This document shows, one piece after another, positions 9,909 to 20,192 of a stretch of DNA of 64,000 nt; position 1 is the stretch's first letter; every line of letters starts with the position of its first letter. A model generated the notes under the pieces. That model did no database searches. It was not told where the DNA came from and saw only the letters and a program-made list of their open reading frames with translations. The position numbers were made by a program, and so were the translations under genes. This stretch comes from Candidatus Binatia bacterium (GTDB lineage: Bacteria; Desulfobacterota; Binatia; Bin18), in contig CAXXHG010000021.1 of assembly GCA_963666315.2 (NCBI GenBank), positions 64,001 to 128,000 on the forward strand, in the 5' to 3' direction.

Positions 9909-11081
9909 TTATTTTGGACGCGACCCGCTTCGTTCCGTAGCGTATTCGTTGCTCGCTTTTTCAATCGCATGGGCGGTGGCTGCGGCGAACTTTCCGCCTG
10001 CGTCGAGGATACGGTCATAGGACGCTTGCGGTGCAGCTAGCTGACCTTTGAAATGTGGCATGACGTATTGGGCAATCAATTCGTACGAACGCAGCGTTCC
10101 CGCCGAATCCGCGAAATCGGCACCGATCGTTAGATAGGTCCCGAATCCGCCCGATTGCTCCTGGAGTCGTTCTATCTGGGCAATGGCCATCTCCGGGGTA
10201 CCGATCACGCCCGTACCGGCCGCATTCATTTCTTTGACAATCTCCTCGTAGGATGTCGGGCCTCCCTGGGCTATCGGCAGGACATGCGACAGATAGGTCA
10301 TGATAGACAGAAAACCGTAGCGACAATCTTCCAGCGCCTGCTCTTCAGTTTCGGCCACATACATCGGGCCGACCATGCGCCAGTTTTGGCGGTGGACGGA
10401 TTGACCGTGTTTTGCGGCTTGTTCTTCGGCAACTTCCCAGTGATCCGCCAGCATCTCAAAACCAAAAGGATTCGTCGCAGCAACCGACAGCAGACCCACA
10501 CCAAAGCGGCCAGCCAGTTTGGCGCCGGCTGGAGAGACTGATGCTGCGACAACGATATCGAAACATGGTTGGCTATACGGTCGTAACTGCAACACCCCTT
10601 CCTCAATGGTGAACCAATCGGTTTTACGTGTGACTGTTTCGCCTTGGAACAGGGCCAGCATGACTTCGAAGCTCTCTTCCATCATGCGGCGCTGCTCGTC
10701 GGGATGAATGCCGAGCATAAAGGCGTCCGAGGTGAGCTGACCTGGACCGGCACCGAACATCATCCGACCACGCGTGATGTGGTCGAGCATGACAATGCGA
10801 TCGGCCAGGATAAGCGGATGATGATACGGCAAAGAGTTTACGCCGGTGCCGAACTGAATGTGATCTGTCCGTTGCGATGCGACACCAATGAAGACTTCTG
10901 GCGAGGCGATGGTTTCGTAACCGGAAGAATGGTGTTCTCCAATCCAGGCTTCGTCAAAGCCCAAGCGGTCAAGATGCTCCATCAATGCGAGGTCGCGTTG
11001 CAGCGACAGGGTTGGGTTCTGCCCAACAGGATGCAGGGGGGGAAGAAAGATACCAAAGCGTAATGGCTGGTGTTTATTCAT
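9909..11081 (-). CDS. LLM-class flavin monooxygenase (limonene 1,2-monooxygenase-like)
   Basis: RFGIFLPPLHP.GQNPT, EAWIGEHHS, LDHITRGR.MFGAGPGQL.SDA. Confidence 0.88.
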   Translation of the reverse strand: MNKHQPLRFGIFLPPLHPVGQNPTLSLQRDLALMEHLDRLGFDEAWIGEHHSSGYETIASPEVFIGVASQRTDHIQFGTGVNSLPYHHPLILADRIVMLDHITRGRMMFGAGPGQLTSDAFMLGIHPDEQRRMMEESFEVMLALFQGETVTRKTDWFTIEEGVLQLRPYSQPCFDIVVAASVSPAGAKLAGRFGVGLLSVAATNPFGFEMLADHWEVAEEQAAKHGQSVHRQNWRMVGPMYVAETEEQALEDCRYGFLSIMTYLSHVLPIAQGGPTSYEEIVKEMNAAGTGVIGTPEMAIAQIERLQEQSGGFGTYLTIGADFADSAGTLRSYELIAQYVMPHFKGQLAAPQASYDRILDAGGKFAAATAHAIEKASNEYATERSGSRPK

Positions 11082-11234
11082 GCGGCTTTCGTATCGAGGC
11101 GAAGATCAGCGGTCAAGAGACACTGGGGTTGATCGCGCAGCAAAAGAGACACAAAAGAGGGAACAAATAACGGCCTCGCTCCAGCCGATCTCAGCATGTG
11201 TTTTATACCGGCCTGCTTGTGGACCTCTTGCCCA

Positions 11235-11525
11235 TCACCCTGCGCCTTCCACGACGATCATCTTGGCGTGTGAGGCGCTGTGGCGAATGCCTTTTGGCTC
11301 GCGGTATTCTTCGGAGTGATACCAGGCCTTTGCTTGTTCGACGCTCTCGAATTCGAGCACGACCACTCGGTTGGGTATCCAGTCGCCTTCCAAATTTTCC
11401 GCTTTCCCTCCACGTACGACAAACTTTCCGCCATAGGCTTCGACGGTCGCGGGCACAAGCTTGGTGTAGCCCTGGTAGGCCTGGGGATCGGTCACTTCAA
11501 CATCCACGATGATATAGGCAGACAC
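11235..11525 (-). CDS. DUF1330 protein
   Basis: YGGKFVVRGG...LEGDW.PNRVVVLEFESVEQAKAWYHSEEY. Confidence 0.92.
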   Translation of the reverse strand: MSAYIIVDVEVTDPQAYQGYTKLVPATVEAYGGKFVVRGGKAENLEGDWIPNRVVVLEFESVEQAKAWYHSEEYREPKGIRHSASHAKMIVVEGAG

Positions 11526-11533
11526 GGTTTCCT

Positions 11534-11566
11534 CCGTATTAATACACTCGTATCAACCGCGCGCAT
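11534..11566 (-). pseudogene. VapC (PIN) toxin stub, first 11 codons only
   Basis: ATG overlaps the antitoxin end and gives MRAVDTSVLIR, the PIN N-terminal DT motif; the DUF1330 RBS follows directly. Confidence 0.6.
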
Positions 11567-11816
11567 GCCGGCCTCGAATGTGCCGTTTGATTCCTTCTTT
11601 CAGCTCCCCAAGCGTCTTCCGCTTGGGAGGCCCTTTGGGGAACAGGGCTCGGTGCACGTCATCAGACGTAAACTTTCCCGCTTTTCGGACAAAGATCCTG
11701 TCGCCGTCTTGATCCCATTCGAGCACGGCACCGGGTCCTATCCCGAGCCTGCGACGGATCTCGGCAGGGACAGAGATTTGTCCTCGTGCGGTGAGCCGCG
11801 ATTGAGCTAAGGCCAT
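11553..11816 (-). CDS. AbrB/MazE/SpoVT-family antitoxin (VapB-like), orphan
   Basis: SRLTARGQISVPAEIRRRLGIGPGAVLEW. Confidence 0.88.
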   Translation of the reverse strand: MALAQSRLTARGQISVPAEIRRRLGIGPGAVLEWDQDGDRIFVRKAGKFTSDDVHRALFPKGPPKRKTLGELKEGIKRHIRGRHARG

Positions 11817-11941
11817 ACCTGCTATAGTGCCCGGACAAGGTATCTACGGCAAGGCAGCCTTGTAGGAGGGCAGTTGAACACTAGTTGACCTACCTTTTTC
11901 TATTGCTCTGAATCAGACCTCATGAGATTCGTACACACTTA

Positions 11942-12077
11942 CCGGCGATAAAGTCGCCAGGCTACAAAATAGCGCCCCATCAATGGGGCTAGCCGGCTTG
12001 AGCCGGCGTCGTTGAGGTGGGGGTGGGTTCATCTCAGAAAGTGTGACCCAGTAGCAATCTGTTGCGTTTCGATTTAG
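11942..12077. repeat. MITE/REP-like composite element, copy 1
   Basis: Shares atagcgccccatcaatggggctagccggcttgagccggcgtcgtt and similar flanks with 54558-54716. Confidence 0.8.
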
Positions 12078-12191
12078 CCCTAACAGGCCGAAGTTCTCGT
12101 CTCAACATTCGAGCCGCTTGTCGGCTAGGTGCGAAACCGTATCGGGCAAAGTCCACAAGCGTAGTCAGCCTGACCGAACAGGAGCAACGTT

Positions 12192-13937
12192 ATGGGCGAA
12201 TCGAGTCTTCGTATTGATAAAGATGTCCTAGTCCCAATGCGGGATGGGACGGCGTTGCGGGCGGATGTCTATCGCCCGGCTGCATCCGGCAAATACCCGG
12301 TCATCTTGCAGCGTACGCCGTATAATAAAAACCTGCTGGCGGGAGTGGTCTTGATGCTTGACGTAGTACGCACGGCGAGTGAGGGCTACGCCGTTGTTAT
12401 TCAAGACACACGCGGACGGTTTGCGTCCGACGGAGAGTTTTATACCTTTCGAGATGACATCTTGGATGGTTATGACACGGTGGAGTGGTGCGCGGTTCAG
12501 GCCTGGTCTGACGGCAACGTGGGCATGTATGGTGCCTCCTATGTTGGGGCGACCCAGTGGCTCGCGGCGATCAGTACCCCGCCGCATCTCAAAGCGATTT
12601 TTCCCCTCATCACTGCCTCGCACTATCACGAAGGCTGGACCTATCAGGGTGGGGCCTTTGCCCTGGGGTTTAACGCGAGTTGGACCATGGCCCGCCTCGC
12701 ACCCGATACGTATATGCGCTTGATGCAGACACAGCCTGAGGTGGGCGATCGTTTCAAGACGATGCTAGGCGAAATCGACGCACTGTCTCAGTGGTTTCAG
12801 CATTTGCCGCTTACGGATTTTCCATTCTTGGACGAGGCTGCTGCCTACTTCTCCGACTGGCTTGCCCATCCTGATGATGATGTTTACTGGGCACGCTGGA
12901 ATATCGAAGCCCAGCACAATGCCGTCATCGTGCCGGCCTGCAATGTGGGTGGCTGGCACGATATTTTTCTGGGCGGGACGCTGCGGAATTATCTCGGCAT
13001 GCGTGAAAATGGGGCGACCCAGGAAGCACGCCAAGGACAAAAGCTGCTGATCGGTCCCTGGTATCATACCCTGCCCCTCGGCAATGTGGTCGGAGAAGTA
13101 GACTATGGCTTTGTCAGTCATGCCATGGTGGCGGATCTGGATGGCCTGCACATCAAATGGTTTGATTACTGGCTCAAGGGTAAACAGAACGGTCTGTTAG
13201 AAGAGCCGCCGGTGCGCATTTTTGTTATGGGTGAGAACACCTGGCGGACGGAGAATGAATGGCCGCTCGCCCGGACTGCGTACACCACATATTATTTCCA
13301 CAGCAACGGCAATGCGAACAGCCTACGCGGCGATGGCGGATTGAGCCCTGAACCGCCGCGCAGTGAATCGGTGGATGTGTATGTCTCGGACCCACGCAAT
13401 CCCGTGCCGACCAGAGGCGGCGGGGTAACCGGCTGGCCGGCAGCTATGCCGGGCGGGGCGTTTGATCAACGCTCAGTTGAGGAACGGACTGACGTGCTCG
13501 TCTATACTACCCCGGTCTTAGAGCAGGATTTAGAAGTCACCGGCCCAGTCAGCGTGACCCTGTACGCGGCTACCAGTGCCGTAGATACGGACTTCACGGC
13601 CAAATTGGTGGACGTACAGCCGGAAGGATATGCACGTAATCTCACGGATAGTATTCTGCGCGGTCGCTACCGGAAATCGCGGGCAGAGGCGAAACTGCTG
13701 ACACCGGGAGACGTGTATGAATACGTCATAGATTTGTGGGCAACCAGTAATGTGTTCAAAGCGGGCCACCGGATCCGGATCGAGATTGCCAGCTCGAACT
13801 TCCCGCGCTTTGATCGTAACCCGCAGACGGGGGAGGGCGCCGCCGAGGCCAGCCGGCTTGAGCCAGCCTTACAGCACGTATTTCACGATGAGGCCCGGCC
13901 GTCACACATCGTGCTGCCTATTATTCCACGTTCGTAG
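12192..13937 (+). CDS. CocE/NonD family hydrolase
   Basis: VPMRDGTALRADVYRP, QDTRGRFASDG, GASYVG, IGPWYH, SSNFPRFDRN. Confidence 0.93.
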   Translation: MGESSLRIDKDVLVPMRDGTALRADVYRPAASGKYPVILQRTPYNKNLLAGVVLMLDVVRTASEGYAVVIQDTRGRFASDGEFYTFRDDILDGYDTVEWCAVQAWSDGNVGMYGASYVGATQWLAAISTPPHLKAIFPLITASHYHEGWTYQGGAFALGFNASWTMARLAPDTYMRLMQTQPEVGDRFKTMLGEIDALSQWFQHLPLTDFPFLDEAAAYFSDWLAHPDDDVYWARWNIEAQHNAVIVPACNVGGWHDIFLGGTLRNYLGMRENGATQEARQGQKLLIGPWYHTLPLGNVVGEVDYGFVSHAMVADLDGLHIKWFDYWLKGKQNGLLEEPPVRIFVMGENTWRTENEWPLARTAYTTYYFHSNGNANSLRGDGGLSPEPPRSESVDVYVSDPRNPVPTRGGGVTGWPAAMPGGAFDQRSVEERTDVLVYTTPVLEQDLEVTGPVSVTLYAATSAVDTDFTAKLVDVQPEGYARNLTDSILRGRYRKSRAEAKLLTPGDVYEYVIDLWATSNVFKAGHRIRIEIASSNFPRFDRNPQTGEGAAEASRLEPALQHVFHDEARPSHIVLPIIPRS

Positions 13938-13960
13938 GGGGCCAGTGTAGATTTGATGCA

Positions 13961-13991
13961 TGTCATTCTGAGCAGCTTTGCGACGAAGAAT
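13961..13991. repeat. tgtcattctgagc...gaagaat-type short palindromic repeat
   Basis: Related copy at 21795-21856. Confidence 0.5.
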
Positions 13992-14064
13992 TGCTTCCGC
14001 TAAATTTACTCTGAGTCAGCCGGCGCATATTGCGTTCAGCGAAGGGGAAAGACCAGCGCTTCCG

Positions 14065-14126
14065 GTAGGGTGCGCCCTGCGCACCGAGCTCGGGGTGTCA
14101 GATTACGCTACGCTAATCCGACTTAC
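14065..14126. repeat. GTAG-type REP doublet
   Basis: Near reverse complement of 1491-1552. Confidence 0.7.
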
Positions 14127-14137
14127 GGGATGGAAGT

Positions 14138-15553
14138 TTATGTCTTTGGCGCCTCGGTCGTTATGACAGGCTGTTGTAGATGCCAGTCGGTAGCCTGTTG
14201 GTAAGCATGCGCCGCACGCAAGACGCGGGCTTCTGCCCACTCCGGGGCTATGAGCTGCATGCCAACTGGTAGCCGATCATCGGTAAATCCACATGGTACG
14301 CTCAGCACGGGCACTTGGGCCAAGCTTAAGGGATAGGTGAAACGGGCAAGGAGTCGGGTCGTTTCTACTCCTTCGCTTTCTTCAATGATGGGAGCTGGAA
14401 TCCCGCAGGTTGGAGCTAAGAGAATATCGTAGCGCTCAAAGGTCTGCTTGATTTGTCGTTGCCATCGGCGCTGTACTTGCCGATTTCGCCCATATTGGCT
14501 GCCGCTTACCTGTGCTCCAATCCGCAGCCGAGTCAGGACGTCCGGCCCGAAATCTTCGGATCTTTCCGCAAGCCGTGCTTGATGAAAGGCGGCAGCATCA
14601 GCCAGGAGCATCTCACTTGTCCGTTCAACCGTGGCTGCCGCGTCGGGCAACTCCACTTCCTCGACGTGGGCGCCTAAATCTTCATACACTTGGGCGGCTT
14701 GATTGATGAGAGTGACGACAGCAGGCTGTGGTTCCTGCTGGAAGTGTCCGCCGAGCAGTCCTACGCGTAGGCCGCTTACGCCTGCGTGGAGCTGGGCCAG
14801 GTAATTGCCCACCGGCTTATCTACGCAGGAGAGATCCTCGGGGTCATAGCCCGCGAGCGCCTGTAGCATATGCGCAATATCTTCTGCCCGTCTGGCTAGC
14901 GGACCAACCGTGTCAAAGCTCCAACTGACCGGGATAACGCCCCGGTTGCTGACTCGACCCATCGTAGGCCGAAGACCGCATACGCCATTCAGCGCAGCTG
15001 GAATACGCACAGAGCCGCCGGTGTCTGTGCCTACAGTGGCCAGCGCCATATCGGCAGCGACTGCAGCGCCCGAGCCGCCGCTGGAGCCGCCTGGAATGCG
15101 GGCCGGATCCCAGGGATTTCTACACGGACCGTAGTGCGGATTGCGCGTAGTGCCGCCAATGGCCCATTCATGCATATTGAGCTTGCCCAGAATAATGGCG
15201 CCTGCCTGGCGTAGTCGAGACACAACCTCGGCGTCGGCCGCGGCAACGTGGTCCCTCAAGAACTTGTTTCCGCCTGTCATCCGAACGCCGGCGACTTCGC
15301 AGTTATCCTTTAGGGCAATGGGAATACCATGCAGCGGCCCAAGCGCGTCTCCTGTAGTCACGGCTCGTTCCGCAGCTTTGGCAGCAGCAAGAGCCTCGTC
15401 CGCCATGACTGTGAGGTAGACGTTCAAAGGAGGATTGATCGACTCGATGCGGTCGAGGTAGGACTCAACGAGTTCTACAGGCGAGAGCTGGTGTGCGCGG
15501 ACCAGATTGACTACATCAGTAATCCCCAGCTGCATAAAATTAGATGACGTCAC
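14138..15553 (-). CDS. Amidase signature (GatA-like) amidase
   Basis: GIPIALKDN, GGSSGGS, GTDTGGSVRIPA. Confidence 0.93.
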   Translation of the reverse strand: MTSSNFMQLGITDVVNLVRAHQLSPVELVESYLDRIESINPPLNVYLTVMADEALAAAKAAERAVTTGDALGPLHGIPIALKDNCEVAGVRMTGGNKFLRDHVAAADAEVVSRLRQAGAIILGKLNMHEWAIGGTTRNPHYGPCRNPWDPARIPGGSSGGSGAAVAADMALATVGTDTGGSVRIPAALNGVCGLRPTMGRVSNRGVIPVSWSFDTVGPLARRAEDIAHMLQALAGYDPEDLSCVDKPVGNYLAQLHAGVSGLRVGLLGGHFQQEPQPAVVTLINQAAQVYEDLGAHVEEVELPDAAATVERTSEMLLADAAAFHQARLAERSEDFGPDVLTRLRIGAQVSGSQYGRNRQVQRRWQRQIKQTFERYDILLAPTCGIPAPIIEESEGVETTRLLARFTYPLSLAQVPVLSVPCGFTDDRLPVGMQLIAPEWAEARVLRAAHAYQQATDWHLQQPVITTEAPKT

Positions 15554-15614
15554 AATAAAATACTTTGGGGCTCATCGGGAGCGACCGTATTCATGTTCTT
15601 TACTGGATCTGCTC

Positions 15615-16502
15615 CTAGCAGACCTGCGCATGTACGAACGCGATGATTTTCTCTAGCGCTTGTTCGGAGTTTGGCGAAGACGGATTTCTGATAATGAATC
15701 CCTCGGCTTCGCCCTCGAATAGCTCCAGCTCGACTTGGCCACCCGCCTTGCGGTACTGCTCGACAAAGCGGTCGAGGTCAGGACGCGGATGCGCTCGGTC
15801 GTTGGTGCCTTGCACGTAGAGCACGGGCGGCAGTTCGACCTGCTCGCCACGTTCCAGCGCGAGCACGGGGTTGCCTTCGGCCATGGCCTCTTCGGTTTTC
15901 CAGTACTTATCGTGTAGGGGCAGTACCAGGTCTATTAAATCGGGGTAGGGTTTGCCACCCGCTTTCACCTTCTTGGCGTAATGGTAACGTGCCAATGGAT
16001 CGATAACCGGCCAGCATAGGACCGCGCAGCGCAGACTGGCATCAACGTCCGGCGCTCCAGCAGGCAGTGGTAGCGCCGCATATCTAGGATCGGACGGTCG
16101 CATCCCAGCCAGCATGGCCTGATGCGCACCGCTCGAGCTGCCTAAAATGCCCACGAGGTCAGGACGACTACCAAACTCTGTTGCCTGGGTCTTGAACCAT
16201 CGGATCGCGTAATTAATGTCAGCCAGTGAGCCAGGATATGATGCCTCGGGCGGCACGCGGAAATCCAGCGCTGCGACTATCACACCACTTTCTGCCAGGG
16301 GTTCGTTGATGGCGACATCCATTAGGCGGTCGCCTAAACACCAGGCCCCGCCGTGCAGTTCGATGACGGCTGGAAACGGCCCTGGGCCGCGCGGCTTGAA
16401 CAAACGTGCCAGTAAGGGCTTGTTGCCGTGACGGATATATTCGACGTCTTCTACGTCGATGTCATACGTCTGAGATGCGTTGCGAGGTGCGTTGGCTGTC
16501 AT
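15615..16502 (-). CDS. Alpha/beta hydrolase (HSL-like esterase)
   Basis: HGGAW and GSSSGAH motifs. Confidence 0.85.
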   Translation of the reverse strand: MTANAPRNASQTYDIDVEDVEYIRHGNKPLLARLFKPRGPGPFPAVIELHGGAWCLGDRLMDVAINEPLAESGVIVAALDFRVPPEASYPGSLADINYAIRWFKTQATEFGSRPDLVGILGSSSGAHQAMLAGMRPSDPRYAALPLPAGAPDVDASLRCAVLCWPVIDPLARYHYAKKVKAGGKPYPDLIDLVLPLHDKYWKTEEAMAEGNPVLALERGEQVELPPVLYVQGTNDRAHPRPDLDRFVEQYRKAGGQVELELFEGEAEGFIIRNPSSPNSEQALEKIIAFVHAQVC

Positions 16503-16668
16503 GCTGCTGCTCCCTTTCTCGTACACGAGAGTGCGTACGGGGTAGTCTGTTCTTCGGCGAACAAAGTTTCTTCACTTGTCCTAACCGATTTGCCCTTTTG
16601 TTGAAAGGGAAACGTTAGCTACCATTCCTGCCTGAGTATGTGGTAAGTGATGAAGGAAAAGGAGGCGC

Positions 16669-18459
16669 ATGCATTCTATTTTGAGTCTGTTGCAGTTGCT
16701 GCGCGGAAGCCAAAAGAAAATGGTCCTGGCGGTCGCCTGTGGCCTGCTCTTTGCCGGCACCGGTCTGATTCCGCCGCTGCTCATCCGCCGGATTATTCAG
16801 TGGATCACCGAAGGAGGCGGAACGCTGCAAGCCTTGATCGGTATTTCCGGCTTCCTGCTGCTTGTCTATCTCGGGCGAGGGTTATTTCGGTATGGCTACG
16901 GCCGTTTTTCCCACGAGGTATCTTTTGATGTTCTGCACAGCCTCATGGTCCGGGTGTATACCCATCTGCAGAGTCTGCCCCACAGTTTTTTCCATACACA
17001 ACGGACCGGAGGGTTGATTGCTCGTTCGATCAATGACATTGAAGCCATCGAAGACTTTATCGCGCATGGGATTCCGGAAGCGGTTAACGCGTTTGTCCTG
17101 CCGACGGCCATGATCGCCGTCCTCTTCTATCTGAACTGGCAACTTGCCCTGGTCGCTCTGCTGCCTCTACCGCTGGCCAGTTGGATTGTCTTTCGCTCGA
17201 TTTCAAAAGTGCGAACCGAGTGGCGGCCAGTGCGGGAGCAACTCGCAAACCTGACTGCGCAGGTGCAGGATAACCTGTCCGGTGTCACCGTTATCAAGTC
17301 GTTTGTTCAGGAGCGGTCCCAAGCCGATGAGATCGAGACCCGCAGCCGGCGGCTGCGGGATACTATGCTGCGCGCCAGTACGCTGTCGTTCGTTCCCGTC
17401 GGCGTGATAGAAGTCACCAGCGGAATAGGCGTTGTGCTGATTGCGCTGGTGGGTGGCGCTATGGCTCTGGGTGGCAGTGTGAGCGCGGCTGATTTGTTTG
17501 TGTTCATTGTGTATCTGACCCAGATTTATCAACCCTTTTTACAGCTCGCCAATATTAACGACACGCTCCAGAAAGCGACCGTGAGTGCCGAGCGTGTTTT
17601 CGAACTGCTCGACCTCCAGCCTGATATTGTGAGCCCACCCGACGGCTTGCGGCCGACTCACATGACCTGGGACATTACGCTCCAAGATGTGACGTTTGCC
17701 TACCAGCCGGATCGGTCTGTCCTCTCCAACGTCAACATCAATATTGCAGCGGGTGATATGGTGGCGTTGGTTGGTGCGACCGGGGCAGGTAAAACCACTG
17801 TAACCAACCTCATCCCACGGTTTTACGATCCACAGCACGGAGCCATCCGGATTGGTGGGCATGATGTGCGTTCTTTAGATCTTGACTTTCTGCGCAGCAA
17901 TATTGCTGTGGTCCTGCAAGACGTCTTTCTTTTCCATGGGAGCGTGCGCCAGAATCTCCTCTTCGGCCGTCCGGACGCCTCGGAAGCAGAGATGCAAGCG
18001 GCGGCGCGCGCGGCCAACGCAGAAGAGTTTATCCTCGATCTGTCCGACGGCTATGACACCCTCGTTGGCGAACGCGGGGTTCGGCTGTCAGCGGGTCAAA
18101 AGCAACGCGTGTCCATTGCTCGGGCGCTACTCAAAGACGCCCCTATCTTGGTTCTCGATGAGGCGACTTCCTCAGTCGACACCGAAACCGAACATCTGAT
18201 CCAAGAAGCGATATCGCGACTTACGGCTGAGCGCACGACTGTGGCAATAGCCCATCGCCTCAGCACCATTCGTGACGCCGATCTGATCGTGGTCCTGGAT
18301 ACCGGGTCTATTGTGGAGCAGGGCACGCACGAGAGTCTGCTGGCTCACGACGGCCAGTATGCGCGGATGGTGCGTGCCCAGGACCTCTCTCGTGCGTGGC
18401 AGATCGGTCAGCTCGAAAATAGACCTGAGCCGGCTCTCGCCACTGGAAGTGATTATTGA
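16669..18459 (+). CDS. ABC exporter, fused permease/ATPase (MsbA-like)
   Basis: TM domain; Walker A GATGAGKT, LSAGQKQR, LDEATS, AHRLST. Confidence 0.93.
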   Translation: MHSILSLLQLLRGSQKKMVLAVACGLLFAGTGLIPPLLIRRIIQWITEGGGTLQALIGISGFLLLVYLGRGLFRYGYGRFSHEVSFDVLHSLMVRVYTHLQSLPHSFFHTQRTGGLIARSINDIEAIEDFIAHGIPEAVNAFVLPTAMIAVLFYLNWQLALVALLPLPLASWIVFRSISKVRTEWRPVREQLANLTAQVQDNLSGVTVIKSFVQERSQADEIETRSRRLRDTMLRASTLSFVPVGVIEVTSGIGVVLIALVGGAMALGGSVSAADLFVFIVYLTQIYQPFLQLANINDTLQKATVSAERVFELLDLQPDIVSPPDGLRPTHMTWDITLQDVTFAYQPDRSVLSNVNINIAAGDMVALVGATGAGKTTVTNLIPRFYDPQHGAIRIGGHDVRSLDLDFLRSNIAVVLQDVFLFHGSVRQNLLFGRPDASEAEMQAAARAANAEEFILDLSDGYDTLVGERGVRLSAGQKQRVSIARALLKDAPILVLDEATSSVDTETEHLIQEAISRLTAERTTVAIAHRLSTIRDADLIVVLDTGSIVEQGTHESLLAHDGQYARMVRAQDLSRAWQIGQLENRPEPALATGSDY

Positions 18460-18490
18460 GGCTACGACATTCGCAAGGAGGGAAGCAGCA

Positions 18491-20179
18491 ATGCCTTACG
18501 ATATACTGATCAAAAACGGCATGGTCGTCGATGGGAGTGGGGCAGCCGCTTTTCGTGCGGACTTGGCGCTGAGCGCGGGACGCATTGTCGAGATAGGCGC
18601 AGTCTCGGGCGGGGCCGCGCGCGTGATCGACGCCTCGGATCTCATCGTTGCACCGGGCTTTATCGATCCGCATACGCATTACGATGCGCAGATTTGCTGG
18701 GACCCGCTTGTCACCTGCTCGTCGTGGCACGGCGTGACGAGTGTGATCATGGGCAATTGCGGCGTCGGACTAGCGCCGTGCAAGCCGACAGAGCGTGACG
18801 TCGCGATGTCTAACGTCGTTCACGTTGAGGCGATTCCGTACGACGTCCTGGCGCAGGGCCTGCCGTGGGACTGGGAAAGCTTCCCGCAGTATATGGATGC
18901 GGCCGCCACGCGCGGGGTTGGTATCAACGTCGGATTTCTGGCCGCGCTGTCCCCGTTCCGCCAATTTGTGATGGGCAATGAGTCCATGGAGCGTGAGGCG
19001 ACGGCAATAGAAACTGAGCAGATCCGCTCTCTTTTGAGTGAGGCACTCGACGCGGGTGCGCTAGGCCTCTCCCTTACGGTATTGCCGCAGCATCTCGGCT
19101 ACAAGGCGCAACCACTTGCGTGTCGCTTGGCGAGTCACGATGAGCTACGCGCATACGCTAGGCTACTGAAAGAACGTGGCCAGGGCACGATTGAAGTAGC
19201 ATTGACCAAAAGGCCGAGCACGGTCTCTGAAAAAGAATATGAGCTGCTTGAGCTGCTGGTCTCAGAGAGCCAACGGCCAGTGACGTGGCTCAACCTGCGC
19301 GATCGCGACGATGCACCCGAGGCGTGGACTGATACGTTGGAACAGGTGGCTCCGTTGCTGGCACGAGGCAGCCGGCCGCAAGTGGCAGTCCGTCCGCTTG
19401 TCGTCGAGTTTAATTTGCGCAATCCGTTTCTGTTTGCCAGTATGCGTTCCACAAAACCGGTGTTCGGGGAAGCTGCGCCTGAGGAGCAGAAACGCACCTA
19501 TGCCGATGCGAAGTTCCGCCGCGCATTTGCCGCCGACCTGGAGCGCAGTACAGTCTTTCGCGACATCTGGGAGAATACTAAGGTGAAGGAGGCGACCAAC
19601 CCTGCGCTTAAGGAAGTCGAATGGCAGACTATCGCTGAAATTGCTGCGGAACGTGGCGTAGCGCCGCTCGACGCCTTCTTCGACCTGGCGCTCGAAGACG
19701 ATCTGGCGCTCGACTACATGCTGCCGCTACTCGACATTAACGAGGAGCGCGTAGCGAAGAAGTTCAGTGACCCGCGTACGCTGATCGGCATCTCCGACGG
19801 TGGCGCACACGTCGACATGCTGTGCAACGCAGGCTACCCGAGCTATCTGCTGGGCAGGTTCGTGCGCGAGAAGCAGGCGCTCACGCTTGAGTACGCGGTG
19901 CAACGGATCACTTCGGAACCGGCGCAATTTTTCGGCCTCGCTGATCGCGGTACGCTGTGGCCCGGACTGGCGGCGGACATCACCATTTTTGACATGAGTA
20001 CCGTCGGTTCGCCAGGGCGCCCGGAGATCCGCCACGATCTGCCGGGCGGTGGACGCCGATTGGTGACGCAGGCAGAGGGGATTCAGTACACAATCGTGAA
20101 CGGACAGATACTGTACGAAGGCCAGCGCCATACGGGAGTGCTGCCGGGGCAGGTGATTCGGGGTGGACAGCACGCGTAG
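18491..20179 (+). CDS. N-acyl-D-amino-acid deacylase family amidohydrolase
   Basis: APGFIDPHTHYDAQ, GNCGVG, SDGGAHV, DLPGGGRRL. Confidence 0.9.
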   Translation: MPYDILIKNGMVVDGSGAAAFRADLALSAGRIVEIGAVSGGAARVIDASDLIVAPGFIDPHTHYDAQICWDPLVTCSSWHGVTSVIMGNCGVGLAPCKPTERDVAMSNVVHVEAIPYDVLAQGLPWDWESFPQYMDAAATRGVGINVGFLAALSPFRQFVMGNESMEREATAIETEQIRSLLSEALDAGALGLSLTVLPQHLGYKAQPLACRLASHDELRAYARLLKERGQGTIEVALTKRPSTVSEKEYELLELLVSESQRPVTWLNLRDRDDAPEAWTDTLEQVAPLLARGSRPQVAVRPLVVEFNLRNPFLFASMRSTKPVFGEAAPEEQKRTYADAKFRRAFAADLERSTVFRDIWENTKVKEATNPALKEVEWQTIAEIAAERGVAPLDAFFDLALEDDLALDYMLPLLDINEERVAKKFSDPRTLIGISDGGAHVDMLCNAGYPSYLLGRFVREKQALTLEYAVQRITSEPAQFFGLADRGTLWPGLAADITIFDMSTVGSPGRPEIRHDLPGGGRRLVTQAEGIQYTIVNGQILYEGQRHTGVLPGQVIRGGQHA

Positions 20180-20192
20180 GGGAGAACCAACA

